A stretch of 64,000 nucleotides of DNA from Methanobacteriota archaeon (lineage in GTDB: Archaea; Thermoplasmatota; Thermoplasmata; Thermoplasmatales; GCA-001856825), in contig JAFMDN010000003.1 in the NCBI GenBank assembly GCA_017857235.1, positions 2,005 to 66,004 on the forward strand, given 5' to 3'. Positions 9,049 to 18,664 of this stretch are shown in pieces (position 1 is the stretch's first letter; each line of letters starts with the position of its first letter). The translations under genes were made by a program, and so were the position numbers. A model generated the notes under the pieces. That model was not told the origin of the DNA. It worked only from the letters and a program-made list of their open reading frames with translations, and did not search any database.

Positions 9049-11166
9049 TTGAATAAGGATCCTCTTAAATTAGTACCAAAAAATGAAAATATTATCATGA
9101 ATTATTTGAATGATATGAGAAGGGCCAACTTTATATACCCGTTAATCGTGGCAATAACAGGAATAGCAATTAGGTTGGCTCCAAATTTATTATATTATGC
9201 GTGGGGAAATGATTATGGAATTTATTACTATCTGAGCCAAGCTTTCCTCTCAGGAAAGGCGTTAGTATATCCACCCAATTCCCCTTGGGGGACTGACGGT
9301 TACCAATATTTCCCAGTGACTTATTGGATAGTTGATTTCACGCATATAGTTTTTAGAATTCCGATAAACGCTTCCCTTAATTATTCCATCCCTATTTTAG
9401 GGGGCCTCACACCCCTTTTATTGTACTTTATTTCGAGAGAAATGAAACTTTCTGAGGTGACTTCATTCATAGCGGGGATGCTTTTGGCTGTTGATCCTAT
9501 ACAAGCTTATCAAACTTCACAACCAAATTATCTAACCACCGGTCATTTTTTTCTCCTACTTTCCTTATTGTTCCTAATAAGGTCGCAAAGGGAATTAAAG
9601 CCCGGGAAATATTACTATCTAACTTACTTAATTACATTATTTTTAATTTTAAGTCACCAATTATCCACTTACTTTTATATCATAAGTGCTCTCGGAATTA
9701 TAATATTAGGAAGCTTTTTCGATGAAGTTTGGAAAAGGAACCTCATGAGAAATATTCTTTATTTGGAGGTTACAGGTGCTTTATTCATTTCATACATTGC
9801 AATCAGGCTACCAAATTCAAGAAATTTGTTAGATGGGGCGCTTCTAGGTACTGGCTATCATGGAATAATATTGGCGTTTTTTGGCTCATCCTTGATACTT
9901 TCAATTCTTTCTTACAATTCAGAATTAACCAGGAGTAAAGCCTTTCTAAGTAGGGTTATTCTTAACATGGGTTTAATAAAGAACTACATGAGGGATGTAT
10001 GGATAATAATATTCACCACTTTCTCAATAGTTTTAATTTTATCGATTTTGATTTTATTTAACTATATACCTAGTTTTGTAACTTACAGTGCCGTAATAAT
10101 TTCCATACCTTTCTTTATATTTATGTCACTTGGGATAATTGGAATAAAGTATGCTCTAGTCGATAGGCAAATTTTATTGTTAGGTTGGATTGCTCCTCTT
10201 GTAGGTTCTTTAATTTATTCATTAATTACCAGGAATACTGTTCTTTTGCCAGCTAGGCATATTGAATATATTGTCGAGCCAATGTCTATTTTTGCCGCAT
10301 ATGTTATATTTAATTGGCTGATACAAATCAGAGAACATAAGTTAGAATCTAGAGACAAAAGCTACAAAATTCCAATTGCATCTTCAATGAAAAGTGGAAA
10401 GAAGTATTTAGCGGAAAATATATTGGTTATTTCCGTTGTTCTTTTGGTGCTTGTACTAGGTATAATGTCATATGTTATTCCTTCCAATTTTGTTCCATCT
10501 CATAGTGAAGCAATAACATTCCAGGATGATGCTGTTATTCAATATCTAAATATTACAGGAAACAGATCCTTTTCAGTTGCTACCGATCATCAAATAGGCA
10601 TTTTATTAGCTTCATATGGGTTTGTTTCCCCTTTCAATAACTTGTCTTTATTCTGGAATAGTACTAATTGGACTCTAGCAATAGCCCAAATAACCGGTGA
10701 GAATGGAAGTTATCCTCCCATTGGCTATGTGATTTTAGATACAAATATGATACAGTATGGTGTTTGGGGGTACAATGGATCTAATAATCCCAATCAACCT
10801 ACAATTTCCCTCAACAATTCTTCACTATCCAAATTCTTCCATCAACCTTTTATTTTGGAATATGAAAATTCCTCTCTTACATCAAATTACACGAGTTATC
10901 TCTTTGAACTCAACTGGACTTACATTAACAATTATTTGATGAGTAGAGGAATGGGGAATTTGAGCTATTACATGAGCCTATATGAGATGAAAAATAAAGA
11001 TAGTCCTCAACCCACTTTCTCCCATTTTTCAAGCTTCTGGACTGATGACAATGTTGAGCCTCTCTTGATTTCCTCGCGTATTCTATTTTCCCTTTCCATA
11101 ACATCTATGGCTCTATTTGCTATTTCCAGCGCTTCTTCTTCCGGTATCACTACTACCCCTGAGTAA
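9049..11166 (+). CDS. GT-C-fold membrane glycosyltransferase candidate (PMT_2/ArnT-like) with sequon-rich extracytoplasmic C-terminal domain
   Basis: 705 aa and polytopic. The first loop is acidic/aromatic (WGNDYGIYYYLSQAFLSGK), followed by LGGLTPLLLYFISREM...AGMLLAVDPIQAY, as in PMT_2-type enzymes. The C-terminal ~230 aa is soluble with NIT, NRS, NLS, NST, NWT, NGS sequons. The called start is TTG; ATG at 9097 is an alternative. The last 160 nt overlap the convergent HPS gene. Confidence 0.5.
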   Translation: MNKDPLKLVPKNENIIMNYLNDMRRANFIYPLIVAITGIAIRLAPNLLYYAWGNDYGIYYYLSQAFLSGKALVYPPNSPWGTDGYQYFPVTYWIVDFTHIVFRIPINASLNYSIPILGGLTPLLLYFISREMKLSEVTSFIAGMLLAVDPIQAYQTSQPNYLTTGHFFLLLSLLFLIRSQRELKPGKYYYLTYLITLFLILSHQLSTYFYIISALGIIILGSFFDEVWKRNLMRNILYLEVTGALFISYIAIRLPNSRNLLDGALLGTGYHGIILAFFGSSLILSILSYNSELTRSKAFLSRVILNMGLIKNYMRDVWIIIFTTFSIVLILSILILFNYIPSFVTYSAVIISIPFFIFMSLGIIGIKYALVDRQILLLGWIAPLVGSLIYSLITRNTVLLPARHIEYIVEPMSIFAAYVIFNWLIQIREHKLESRDKSYKIPIASSMKSGKKYLAENILVISVVLLVLVLGIMSYVIPSNFVPSHSEAITFQDDAVIQYLNITGNRSFSVATDHQIGILLASYGFVSPFNNLSLFWNSTNWTLAIAQITGENGSYPPIGYVILDTNMIQYGVWGYNGSNNPNQPTISLNNSSLSKFFHQPFILEYENSSLTSNYTSYLFELNWTYINNYLMSRGMGNLSYYMSLYEMKNKDSPQPTFSHFSSFWTDDNVEPLLISSRILFSLSITSMALFAISSASSSGITTTPE

Positions 11167-12305
11167 TCGGCTATTATATAATCGCCTGTTCTAATTTTCC
11201 TACCATTTATTTCTATTTCTCCGCCAATTTCTCCATATCCCTTTGGATCACCGGCATTTGATGCAACATATCTTGAAAACACTGGGAATGGAATTTTCAT
11301 AATATCATCAAGATCCCTTACCGCTCCCCAAATAATTACTCCCTTTACCTTTCTCATTACTGCACTCCAGGAAGCCAGCTCTCCCCAAACTGCATCTTCA
11401 CCACCATCGGCGTCAATGACTATTATGTCCCCTGGTTTTGCACGATCTATGGCTTCTACTGGTTTTGCCCAATCACCATTAACAGTCTTAACCGTTAATG
11501 CCCTACCAACTATCTTTGTTCCAGGTTCAATATGCGGAATTAGACCATGAATTGCACCTCCCCTGTGCATTGCATCAGATACGTTTGGTGATGAAACCTT
11601 CATAAGAGCATCTACTATCTCATCCCTTGAGTACTTCTTATAGAGATTGGAAACTTCAGGTATAAGAGTTTTCATTACATTCTTTATTGCTTTCGTTTCT
11701 TCAGTTACATTTGGAGCCTTTATTATTGCACCCCCTACAATAATTATCGAAGCTCCTCTCTTGATAACCTCAGGAATTGTCTCTTTATTGAGCCCACCAG
11801 CTACTGCCACGGGCAGGTTCGTAGCTTTAACTACTTTCTCCAGTTCATCCAGCGGATTTTTTCCTATCATTTGCATATCTATTCCTACGTGAACACAAAA
11901 ATATTTAACTCCAAGCTTTTCGAGCTCTTTTGCCCGTTCTTCTACGTTATTTACCCTTAACAGGTCTATCATTATTTCGGCACCGTATTTTTTACCAGCC
12001 TTGACTGCCTCGGTTATAGTGGGATTATCACTGATTCCCAATATTGTAACTATCTGCGCCCCGCTCTTAGCTGCCAGTTCCGTTTCAAAACCTCCAACAT
12101 CCGCAGTTTTCATATCAGCAACTATCACCTTGTTTGGGAATGCCTTCTTGATTTCCCTTATGGCATTCATTCCTTCGCTTTTAATCAATGGTGTACCAAC
12201 TTCAATCCAATCTGCCCCACCTTCAACTGCTTCTTTTGCAACCTGCAGGGCCCTGTGCAAATTTTCGAAGTCTAATGCTACTTGAAGAATAGGTTCTTCT
12301 GGCAT
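11007..12305 (-). CDS. Bifunctional 3-hexulose-6-phosphate synthase (HUMPS/OMPDC family) / RraA-like domain protein
   Basis: The N-terminal half (ILQVALDF...ADWIEVGTPLIK...VADMKTADVG...VHVGIDMQ) is HPS-like. The C-terminal half (SDAMHRGG...GDIIVIDADGG...AVWGELASWSA...GAVRD) is RraA/demethylmenaquinone-methyltransferase-like. Confidence 0.8.
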   Translation of the reverse strand: MPEEPILQVALDFENLHRALQVAKEAVEGGADWIEVGTPLIKSEGMNAIREIKKAFPNKVIVADMKTADVGGFETELAAKSGAQIVTILGISDNPTITEAVKAGKKYGAEIMIDLLRVNNVEERAKELEKLGVKYFCVHVGIDMQMIGKNPLDELEKVVKATNLPVAVAGGLNKETIPEVIKRGASIIIVGGAIIKAPNVTEETKAIKNVMKTLIPEVSNLYKKYSRDEIVDALMKVSSPNVSDAMHRGGAIHGLIPHIEPGTKIVGRALTVKTVNGDWAKPVEAIDRAKPGDIIVIDADGGEDAVWGELASWSAVMRKVKGVIIWGAVRDLDDIMKIPFPVFSRYVASNAGDPKGYGEIGGEIEINGRKIRTGDYIIADYSGVVVIPEEEALEIANRAIDVMERENRIREEIKRGSTLSSVQKLEKWEKVG

Positions 12306-12328
12306 ATTTGATTAGTATAATTGCTGTA

Positions 12329-13171
12329 TTAACTTTTTTGAAATTCCAAATTCTTTAAGGTGTTATATAGCAGTTCATTCAATTGCATTTCAATTTTGTT
12401 AGAATTTGCATACTTCAATAATTCTCCTGTTATGGATTCAATTTCTGTCCTACTGCCCTTTAGAATGTCCTGAAGCATACTGCTGTAATTTCTCCTCGTA
12501 ACATTGGCAGTATATTCAACATCTTCCCATACGTTTATCTTAAGGCCCATTTTATTGTATAGCATTTGTATTTCCTCTGAAACTTTCTTGGATATGAAGT
12601 TAATATATTTATTTTCTATAATCGCACCATTTGGAATCCTGTAAATGGCCGTTATGGGATTTATCACTGCATTTATACCGGCTTTCCTGAATAATTCCAT
12701 TTTGATATCGTCAACCCATTCAGCATTTATGCCTGTATCTCTGAGAAAACTCAAATCAAGAAAACCATCTTCTGATCCCACTCTGAAATACCCTCTACCT
12801 GTCAATTCTGAAGTTTCTTCATCTATTTTTCTTGCAGCCCATGTTGTTACGCAATAAAAGTTTCTTTTACCTATTTTATATCTCAAATGTGTCAAGCCAT
12901 TTTGTATGAACATTACATCTCCAGCTATTTTAACATCTGATATATTTGGTAGATCGTATGATTTAACTGCTACTAATGTTAGATCTGCCTCATCCAATTT
13001 TTCTGAAATCTTTACATTTAATCTGTAGTAATGCCCATCGATTAAAACTTTAACATCTTTATATCTTTCCGATGTACCTTTTTTAACAACCAAAATGACT
13101 TCGTTTTTACTTGATAGAAAATGGGCAAGAACCAGGCCCATGGCTCCTGCCCCAATTATCTGGATTTTCAT
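12329..13171 (-). CDS. panE: 2-dehydropantoate 2-reductase (ketopantoate reductase)
   Basis: MKIQIIGAGAMG Rossmann N-terminus and SMLQDILKGSRTEIESITGELL, the ApbA/PanE C-terminal signature. Confidence 0.75.
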   Translation of the reverse strand: MKIQIIGAGAMGLVLAHFLSSKNEVILVVKKGTSERYKDVKVLIDGHYYRLNVKISEKLDEADLTLVAVKSYDLPNISDVKIAGDVMFIQNGLTHLRYKIGKRNFYCVTTWAARKIDEETSELTGRGYFRVGSEDGFLDLSFLRDTGINAEWVDDIKMELFRKAGINAVINPITAIYRIPNGAIIENKYINFISKKVSEEIQMLYNKMGLKINVWEDVEYTANVTRRNYSSMLQDILKGSRTEIESITGELLKYANSNKIEMQLNELLYNTLKNLEFQKS

Positions 13172-13758
13172 AGAACTTTTTCTTGATTCACAGCTGCAAC
13201 GCCAGCTTCAAATGCCTTAATATTTATCTCACTCACTCTTGGATTTCTAAAAGAAGCGCTTATGGTCTTCTTTAATGATTCTTCACTTATTTCTAATATA
13301 CCAACACCAAAAAGCGCACCTAGCATTACCATATTGACTGATCTTTTCTCTCCAAGCGACATGGCTATCTCGTCTGCATTCACATAATAATGATTGTATC
13401 TTGATATGATTTCTTCGCTTTCCCTTTCAGGATACTCTTGTGCTTTCATTATTAATGGCATGGGATGTATCATCCTCTTATTTGCTACTATAATTCCATC
13501 TTTCTTTAGTTTTACTGTGTTTCTCGCCGTCTCCATCAGTTCAAATCCTAGTATTGCATCCGCCGAACCGATAGGAATTATTGCACTTTGATAATCTCCT
13601 ATTCTTAAATCAACTGATATCCTCCCACCCCTCTGTGCCATTCCATGTATTTCAGTCATTAAAGATTTCTTTCCTTCTAGTATAGCGGCTTCACCTAGAA
13701 TTTTGCCAAGCGTGATTATACCTTGACCTCCCACGCCCGCCAGAACTATGGAAGTCAT
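13168..13758 (-). CDS. iorB: Indolepyruvate:ferredoxin oxidoreductase beta subunit
   Basis: 196 aa. IVLAGVGGQGIITLGKILGEAA and GMAQRGG are typical of the IorB/OFOR gamma-type domain. 4-nt overlap with iorA. Confidence 0.8.
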   Translation of the reverse strand: MTSIVLAGVGGQGIITLGKILGEAAILEGKKSLMTEIHGMAQRGGRISVDLRIGDYQSAIIPIGSADAILGFELMETARNTVKLKKDGIIVANKRMIHPMPLIMKAQEYPERESEEIISRYNHYYVNADEIAMSLGEKRSVNMVMLGALFGVGILEISEESLKKTISASFRNPRVSEINIKAFEAGVAAVNQEKVL

Positions 13759-15578
13759 TTTACCACCTCAATGGCACCAAATGGGCATACCAAAGGTTCA
13801 GAACAAACTGAACACCCGTCGCACAATTCAGGGTCTATATATACTCTTTTATCTTTTATATAAAACGCTGCGCAAGTGAAATTTCTTACACAATTGTAGC
13901 ATAATTTACATTTATCCTGATTAACCTGAAAAATTTTGAATTCATCCTTAGATTTCTTCCTATCAGCTTCCAGCGCGCATTCTCTTTCCGATATTATAAC
14001 CGAAACCCCTTCTTCATCCATTGCTCTCTTAAAGGTTTCAACTGTCATTTTTAAGTCATAAGGATCAGTTTTATGGATATTTTTGACACCGATGGATTTG
14101 AGAATGTCTTCAATTTTTACAATATTCCCCATGTTTTCCGGGGTTGGTTGACCACCCGTCATCGCAGTTGTACTATTATCTAGAATGACCACAATCATGG
14201 GATGATTGTTGTGTACTGCATTAATTATCGGCGGGATTCCTGCATGGAAAAATGTACTGTCACCGATGAACGTTATAACCTTTTTACCGTAGAAAATTGA
14301 ATATCCGTTAGATGTTCCTATAGATGATCCCATTGATAAAAGCATATCTCCAAATCCATAAGGATCATAATACCCCAAGGTATAGCATCCAATGTCGGTT
14401 GGTGATATGTAATCTTTCCAGCCCTTCTGTCTAAGCGCTATCTTAGCGGCATAATATGTAGCTCTGTGTGGACATCCAGGACAAAACTCCGGAGGTCTTG
14501 ATGGCAAATCAATGTTAACCACTTCAGTTTTATCTGGTATTCCATATATCTTTGCCAGAATTCCCTTTACGCGATCCACATTCATCTCATAGTTATATGG
14601 AACATCACCAGTGATTTTACCAAATACCTCCTTTCTTATCCCTTTACCTGCTATAATTGAATATATTTGCTCCTCTATGAATGGTCCACCTTCCTCAATT
14701 AGGATGATTCTGTTGTGATGCTTGATTTGGTTGTAAATGTATTCTACATCCAGTGGGTAAGAAATTCCGATTTTCATCACTTTTGCCTTTAGACCGCTAA
14801 TTTCTAAAGCCTCTTTAATGGAATTATAAGCTGAGCCTGATGTAATAATCAAATCTTCTCCTTCTCCTTCAATATTTATAAAATTCCTTGAAAAACCTTG
14901 CTCCACAACTTTTTTTAGTCTATCAAAGATTTGTGGTTGCAATCTGAAGGAATTTTCAGGTAGAAGCACAGTATTTTTCCTGTCTGGTTTTGATGAATTG
15001 TTAATCTCATTCCTCACAGGCCCATATTTTACAACAGATCTCATGTGTGAAACCCTAGTAACGCTCCTTATCAATACTGGTTGCCCTGTTGCCTCGGATA
15101 TATCAAATCCTTTTACAACAAAATCCTTTAATTCCTGGGGATTGGACGGTTCCATTACTATGTACTTTGCGAATTTTCCTAGGTACCTGTTATCCTGTTC
15201 ATTTTGCGACGAGTAAAGCGATGGATCGTCCGCACTTAATATGACGAATCCCCCCTTTACACCAGATACTCCCAGTGATACGAAAGAATCCATTGCAACA
15301 TTTAGGCCCACGTGCTTCATAAAAACAAAGGCTCTTTTACCTAAGGAAGATGCAGATGCCGCTACTTCAAATGCTACTTTTTCGTTAACTGAGTACTCAA
15401 AATATATGCCTAGGTCTCTATGAGTCTCGTATAACAAATCTCCAATTTCGGAACTCGGTGTGCCTGGGTAAGTTGCAGTAACTGAGACGCCTGCTTCGTA
15501 CAGACCTCTTACTACTGCCTCATTACCCAGAAGGAAATGTGCCCTTTCACTTTGCTCTAAAAGTTCAGAGCTCTTCAT
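13755..15578 (-). CDS. iorA: Indolepyruvate:ferredoxin oxidoreductase alpha subunit
   Basis: 607 aa. N-terminal OFOR core (GNEAVVRGLYEAGV, TYPGTPSSE), a TPP-binding block (GDSTFFHAG) and two C-terminal 4Fe-4S motifs (CKLCYNC...C, CDGCSVC...CP). Confidence 0.85.
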   Translation of the reverse strand: MKSSELLEQSERAHFLLGNEAVVRGLYEAGVSVTATYPGTPSSEIGDLLYETHRDLGIYFEYSVNEKVAFEVAASASSLGKRAFVFMKHVGLNVAMDSFVSLGVSGVKGGFVILSADDPSLYSSQNEQDNRYLGKFAKYIVMEPSNPQELKDFVVKGFDISEATGQPVLIRSVTRVSHMRSVVKYGPVRNEINNSSKPDRKNTVLLPENSFRLQPQIFDRLKKVVEQGFSRNFINIEGEGEDLIITSGSAYNSIKEALEISGLKAKVMKIGISYPLDVEYIYNQIKHHNRIILIEEGGPFIEEQIYSIIAGKGIRKEVFGKITGDVPYNYEMNVDRVKGILAKIYGIPDKTEVVNIDLPSRPPEFCPGCPHRATYYAAKIALRQKGWKDYISPTDIGCYTLGYYDPYGFGDMLLSMGSSIGTSNGYSIFYGKKVITFIGDSTFFHAGIPPIINAVHNNHPMIVVILDNSTTAMTGGQPTPENMGNIVKIEDILKSIGVKNIHKTDPYDLKMTVETFKRAMDEEGVSVIISERECALEADRKKSKDEFKIFQVNQDKCKLCYNCVRNFTCAAFYIKDKRVYIDPELCDGCSVCSEPLVCPFGAIEVVK

Positions 15579-16468
15579 GGGATCACTTTACCCTTTTCCC
15601 TTTCTAATAATTCCTCCCATCTTCTGTTTACGTTTTCCTGAATCGTTCTTATTTCCTCCGGACTTAAATGGTTGAATCTTCCCTGAATTTCAAGATACTT
15701 CTCGACAGGCAGAGGGTTGGGATTTTTGTAGAGAACAAATTTCCCCTCCGCATATTCATACAATGGAAATATTCTGGTTTCAACCGCGAGCCTGGCTATT
15801 TTTACAGTATTTTCAGCATTGAAATACCAGCCAGGAGGGCATGGGGATAAAATCTGTATAAATTTTGGACCTTTGATTTTTTTAGCATTCTGTATTTTCC
15901 TTATTAAATCCTCAGGGAATGCTATTGATGCTGTTGCTACGTATGGCACTTTTTGTGCCATCATTAGGTCGGCAACCACTTTTTTATTTTCTCTTTTATA
16001 AACTCTATCCTTTCCAACAGGTGTTGTGGTTGTCCATGCACCAAAAGGAGTGCTGCTACTTCTCTGTATGCCGGTATTCATGTATGCTTCATTGTCGTAC
16101 ATGATATAGAATACGTTGTGCCCCCTTTCCATAGCGGCACTTAATGCTTGGAGACCTATATCGGCTGTGCCGCCATCTCCTGCAAACCCTACTACATTAT
16201 AGTCCTCCTTACCTTCTTCATCTAGCGCTTCCCTGATTCCAGATATAGTTGCCCCAGTGCTTGCAAATGGAGTATAAATGAAGGGCACTTTCAAAGCGGT
16301 GTTAGGATAGTTTCCGGGTATGACTGCCCAGCATGACGCTGGCACTGTAACCACTGTGTTTTCACCCATGGCTTTCATTACATACCTCATAGCTAAAGTA
16401 GCTCCGCATCCTGCACAGGCCGTATGACCTGACATCATATATTCTTCTTTTGGAATGGAAAATGGCAT
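15575..16468 (-). CDS. 2-oxoacid:ferredoxin oxidoreductase beta (TPP-binding) subunit; POR/VOR type not resolvable
   Basis: GHTACAGCG, FAGDGGTADIG and MYDNEAYMNTG are typical of PorB/VorB. Confidence 0.85.
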   Translation of the reverse strand: MPFSIPKEEYMMSGHTACAGCGATLAMRYVMKAMGENTVVTVPASCWAVIPGNYPNTALKVPFIYTPFASTGATISGIREALDEEGKEDYNVVGFAGDGGTADIGLQALSAAMERGHNVFYIMYDNEAYMNTGIQRSSSTPFGAWTTTTPVGKDRVYKRENKKVVADLMMAQKVPYVATASIAFPEDLIRKIQNAKKIKGPKFIQILSPCPPGWYFNAENTVKIARLAVETRIFPLYEYAEGKFVLYKNPNPLPVEKYLEIQGRFNHLSPEEIRTIQENVNRRWEELLEREKGKVIP

Positions 16469-17644
16469 TTACTTCACCCCCGCATTAATCCATATCTCAC
16501 CATCTTCCCCTTCCATTATCCTCATGAACATTTCCTCAAAGTCTACTACTCTTACATCACGTCCCCCCAAACCTGCTATGAAATTAGCTGCTGGAATATC
16601 CAGCTTTCCATAAATAGATGAAATTACATCCATATATAAGGAGCCAAAGGGTCCATAGGTTGAGCTCCTGTCAACAACACCGAATCCTTTTAAACCTCTA
16701 AGATAGTTTATTACTAGATCTTTTGGGAATGGCCTATAAAGCAATATCCTTAACAGTCCAACCTTTTTTCCCTGATTCCTTAAATTCCTGACAACATGCT
16801 TTGCCGTAGAAGATATGGAACCCAGAGTTATAAGGGCGTAATCTGCATCATCCATCATGAACCCTTCAACTGGTCCTGGAAAATTTGCATCGAATGTCTC
16901 ATTGAATTCCTTGGTTATTTCAATAAACTTGTTCACACCAGAGTACATGGATTTCTTCATATCCATCTTTAATTCCATGAAAGGTCCATCCGGTGGCATC
17001 AAAGAGCCATACCCCATGGGCTTATTTATATCGATTTTGAAGGGCAAATTAAATTCTCCTACGAATTCCCTTACTTTCTCTTCATCCCTGATTTCTACAG
17101 GTTCAGATGTGTGAGAGAGCGTGAATGCATCCTGCATTACCATTATGGGCAGGAGAATATCTTTATTTTCGGCAAGTTTATATCCTAAGATTATAGTATC
17201 CATGGCCTCCTGGTTTGATTCTCCGTATAGTTGCATCCAGCCTGTATCTCTCTGTGTCATGGTGTCTGAATGGTCTGCCCAAATGTTCCAGGGTGGTCCT
17301 ATGGACCTATTTACAACTGCCATTAAAATTGGAAGCCTCATTCCGGCAACCCAATTTAACATTTCATGCATATATAAAATTCCATGAGAACTTGATGCAG
17401 TAAAAGATCTTACTCCTGCCAATTCACTTCCCATTACTGAAGCCATTGCACTGTGCTCGCTCTCAACTTCAATAAATTTTGCATCCATCTTTTCATTCGC
17501 TACCATTTCAGCTATCTTTTCAACAATGGCAGTCTGAGGTGTTATTGGATATGCAGATACAAATTTGACACCAGCCAATTTAGTAGCTAAAGCTACTGCC
17601 TCGTTGCCTGTCATTATACTCCAATTTTTATTAATTGCTCTCAT
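16469..17644 (-). CDS. 2-oxoacid:ferredoxin oxidoreductase alpha subunit
   Basis: 391 aa. MTGNEAVALA...YPITPQT...ESEHSAM blocks are typical of PorA/VorA. Confidence 0.85.
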   Translation of the reverse strand: MRAINKNWSIMTGNEAVALATKLAGVKFVSAYPITPQTAIVEKIAEMVANEKMDAKFIEVESEHSAMASVMGSELAGVRSFTASSSHGILYMHEMLNWVAGMRLPILMAVVNRSIGPPWNIWADHSDTMTQRDTGWMQLYGESNQEAMDTIILGYKLAENKDILLPIMVMQDAFTLSHTSEPVEIRDEEKVREFVGEFNLPFKIDINKPMGYGSLMPPDGPFMELKMDMKKSMYSGVNKFIEITKEFNETFDANFPGPVEGFMMDDADYALITLGSISSTAKHVVRNLRNQGKKVGLLRILLYRPFPKDLVINYLRGLKGFGVVDRSSTYGPFGSLYMDVISSIYGKLDIPAANFIAGLGGRDVRVVDFEEMFMRIMEGEDGEIWINAGVK

Positions 17645-17937
17645 TACATTTCACTCTCCTGCACCATATCTATGGCATCAAAAGGGCATTCGCTGGCACA
17701 AATACCGCAACCCTTACAGTAATCATAATTTATGAATGGGGCTTCTAGTTTGGAAAACCTTTCATTGGGATAATCAAGTTTCTCTCCAAAGGTCACTCCG
17801 ATTGCAACATCTGGGCAGAACTTCCAGCAAATCATACATCTTGTACATTTGCTGTAATCAATTACAGGCCTCGTAGTTCTCCAAGAAGATGTTTTGTTGT
17901 TACTTGAAGGTGCATATGCAGTTGGAACTAGCACCAT
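17644..17937 (-). CDS. 2-oxoacid:ferredoxin oxidoreductase delta subunit (2x[4Fe-4S] ferredoxin)
   Basis: 97 aa with CTRCMICWKFCP and CKGCGICASECP cluster motifs. Confidence 0.85.
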   Translation of the reverse strand: MVLVPTAYAPSSNNKTSSWRTTRPVIDYSKCTRCMICWKFCPDVAIGVTFGEKLDYPNERFSKLEAPFINYDYCKGCGICASECPFDAIDMVQESEM

Positions 17938-18492
17938 TCAAATCACCTCAACTTCTTCATAAGCTTCCTTTACTGCATTTATATTTTCGTTTATCTTACT
18001 TGGAGATAGTTCCTTCGTTGCATCAATGATTGATTCAAGCTTCACAATTCCTGATACCTTAGCATATGCTCCTAAAATAGCTGTATTGACTATAGGATGT
18101 GCTGGATCTCCTAATTTATTGCGTACGGCTATTGATGTGGCATCAACAACGGCAACTTTAAATTTTTTCAATTCGGGATGGCTTAATACATCATTTTTCT
18201 TCGAATTAATGAGTATTAAACCATTTTCCTTAAGTCCATCTGTTACATTTATTATATTCATTAAAGATTTATCCAAGAGTATTACGGAGTCGGGATTATA
18301 AATCTGCGTCCTTAATTCAACTTTGTTGTTATCTATCCTAGTAAAAGCTGCTACTGGAGCACCTCTGCGTTCTGTTCCATAGAAGGGAAAACTTGTAACC
18401 CACTTTCCCTCTTTAAAGGCGGCAGTGGCTAAAATTTTAGATGCAGTAACTGCACCTTGCCCACCTCTTCCATGAAAACGTATTTCATACAT
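17938..18492 (-). CDS. 2-oxoacid:ferredoxin oxidoreductase gamma subunit
   Basis: MYEIRFHGRGGQGAVTASKILA is the canonical PorG N-terminus. I trimmed the start from 18549 to ATG 18492; the extra 19 codons are hydrophobic junk upstream of the conserved start. Confidence 0.8.
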   Translation of the reverse strand: MYEIRFHGRGGQGAVTASKILATAAFKEGKWVTSFPFYGTERRGAPVAAFTRIDNNKVELRTQIYNPDSVILLDKSLMNIINVTDGLKENGLILINSKKNDVLSHPELKKFKVAVVDATSIAVRNKLGDPAHPIVNTAILGAYAKVSGIVKLESIIDATKELSPSKINENINAVKEAYEEVEVI

Positions 18493-18664
18493 CCTATTAC
18501 CCAAACAGGAAATTGAAAAAATAGATAAATAAATAACCAAAATTATCATTTTGGAACAAACAAAAAGAATTAATTTTAATTTGCGATAAGGTGAGCAAGC
18601 TCGAATGATATTTCTTAAAATCTGGAGAAAACTGTTTAATCCATGATGAAATTAATATTAAAAC

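Noticed and set aside
18493-18549. 19-codon extension of the OFOR gamma subunit (MIILVIYLSIFSISCLGNR).
   Set aside because: The canonical gamma-subunit N-terminus MYEIRFHGRGGQG starts at ATG 18492. The extension is hydrophobic and has no counterpart in this family.
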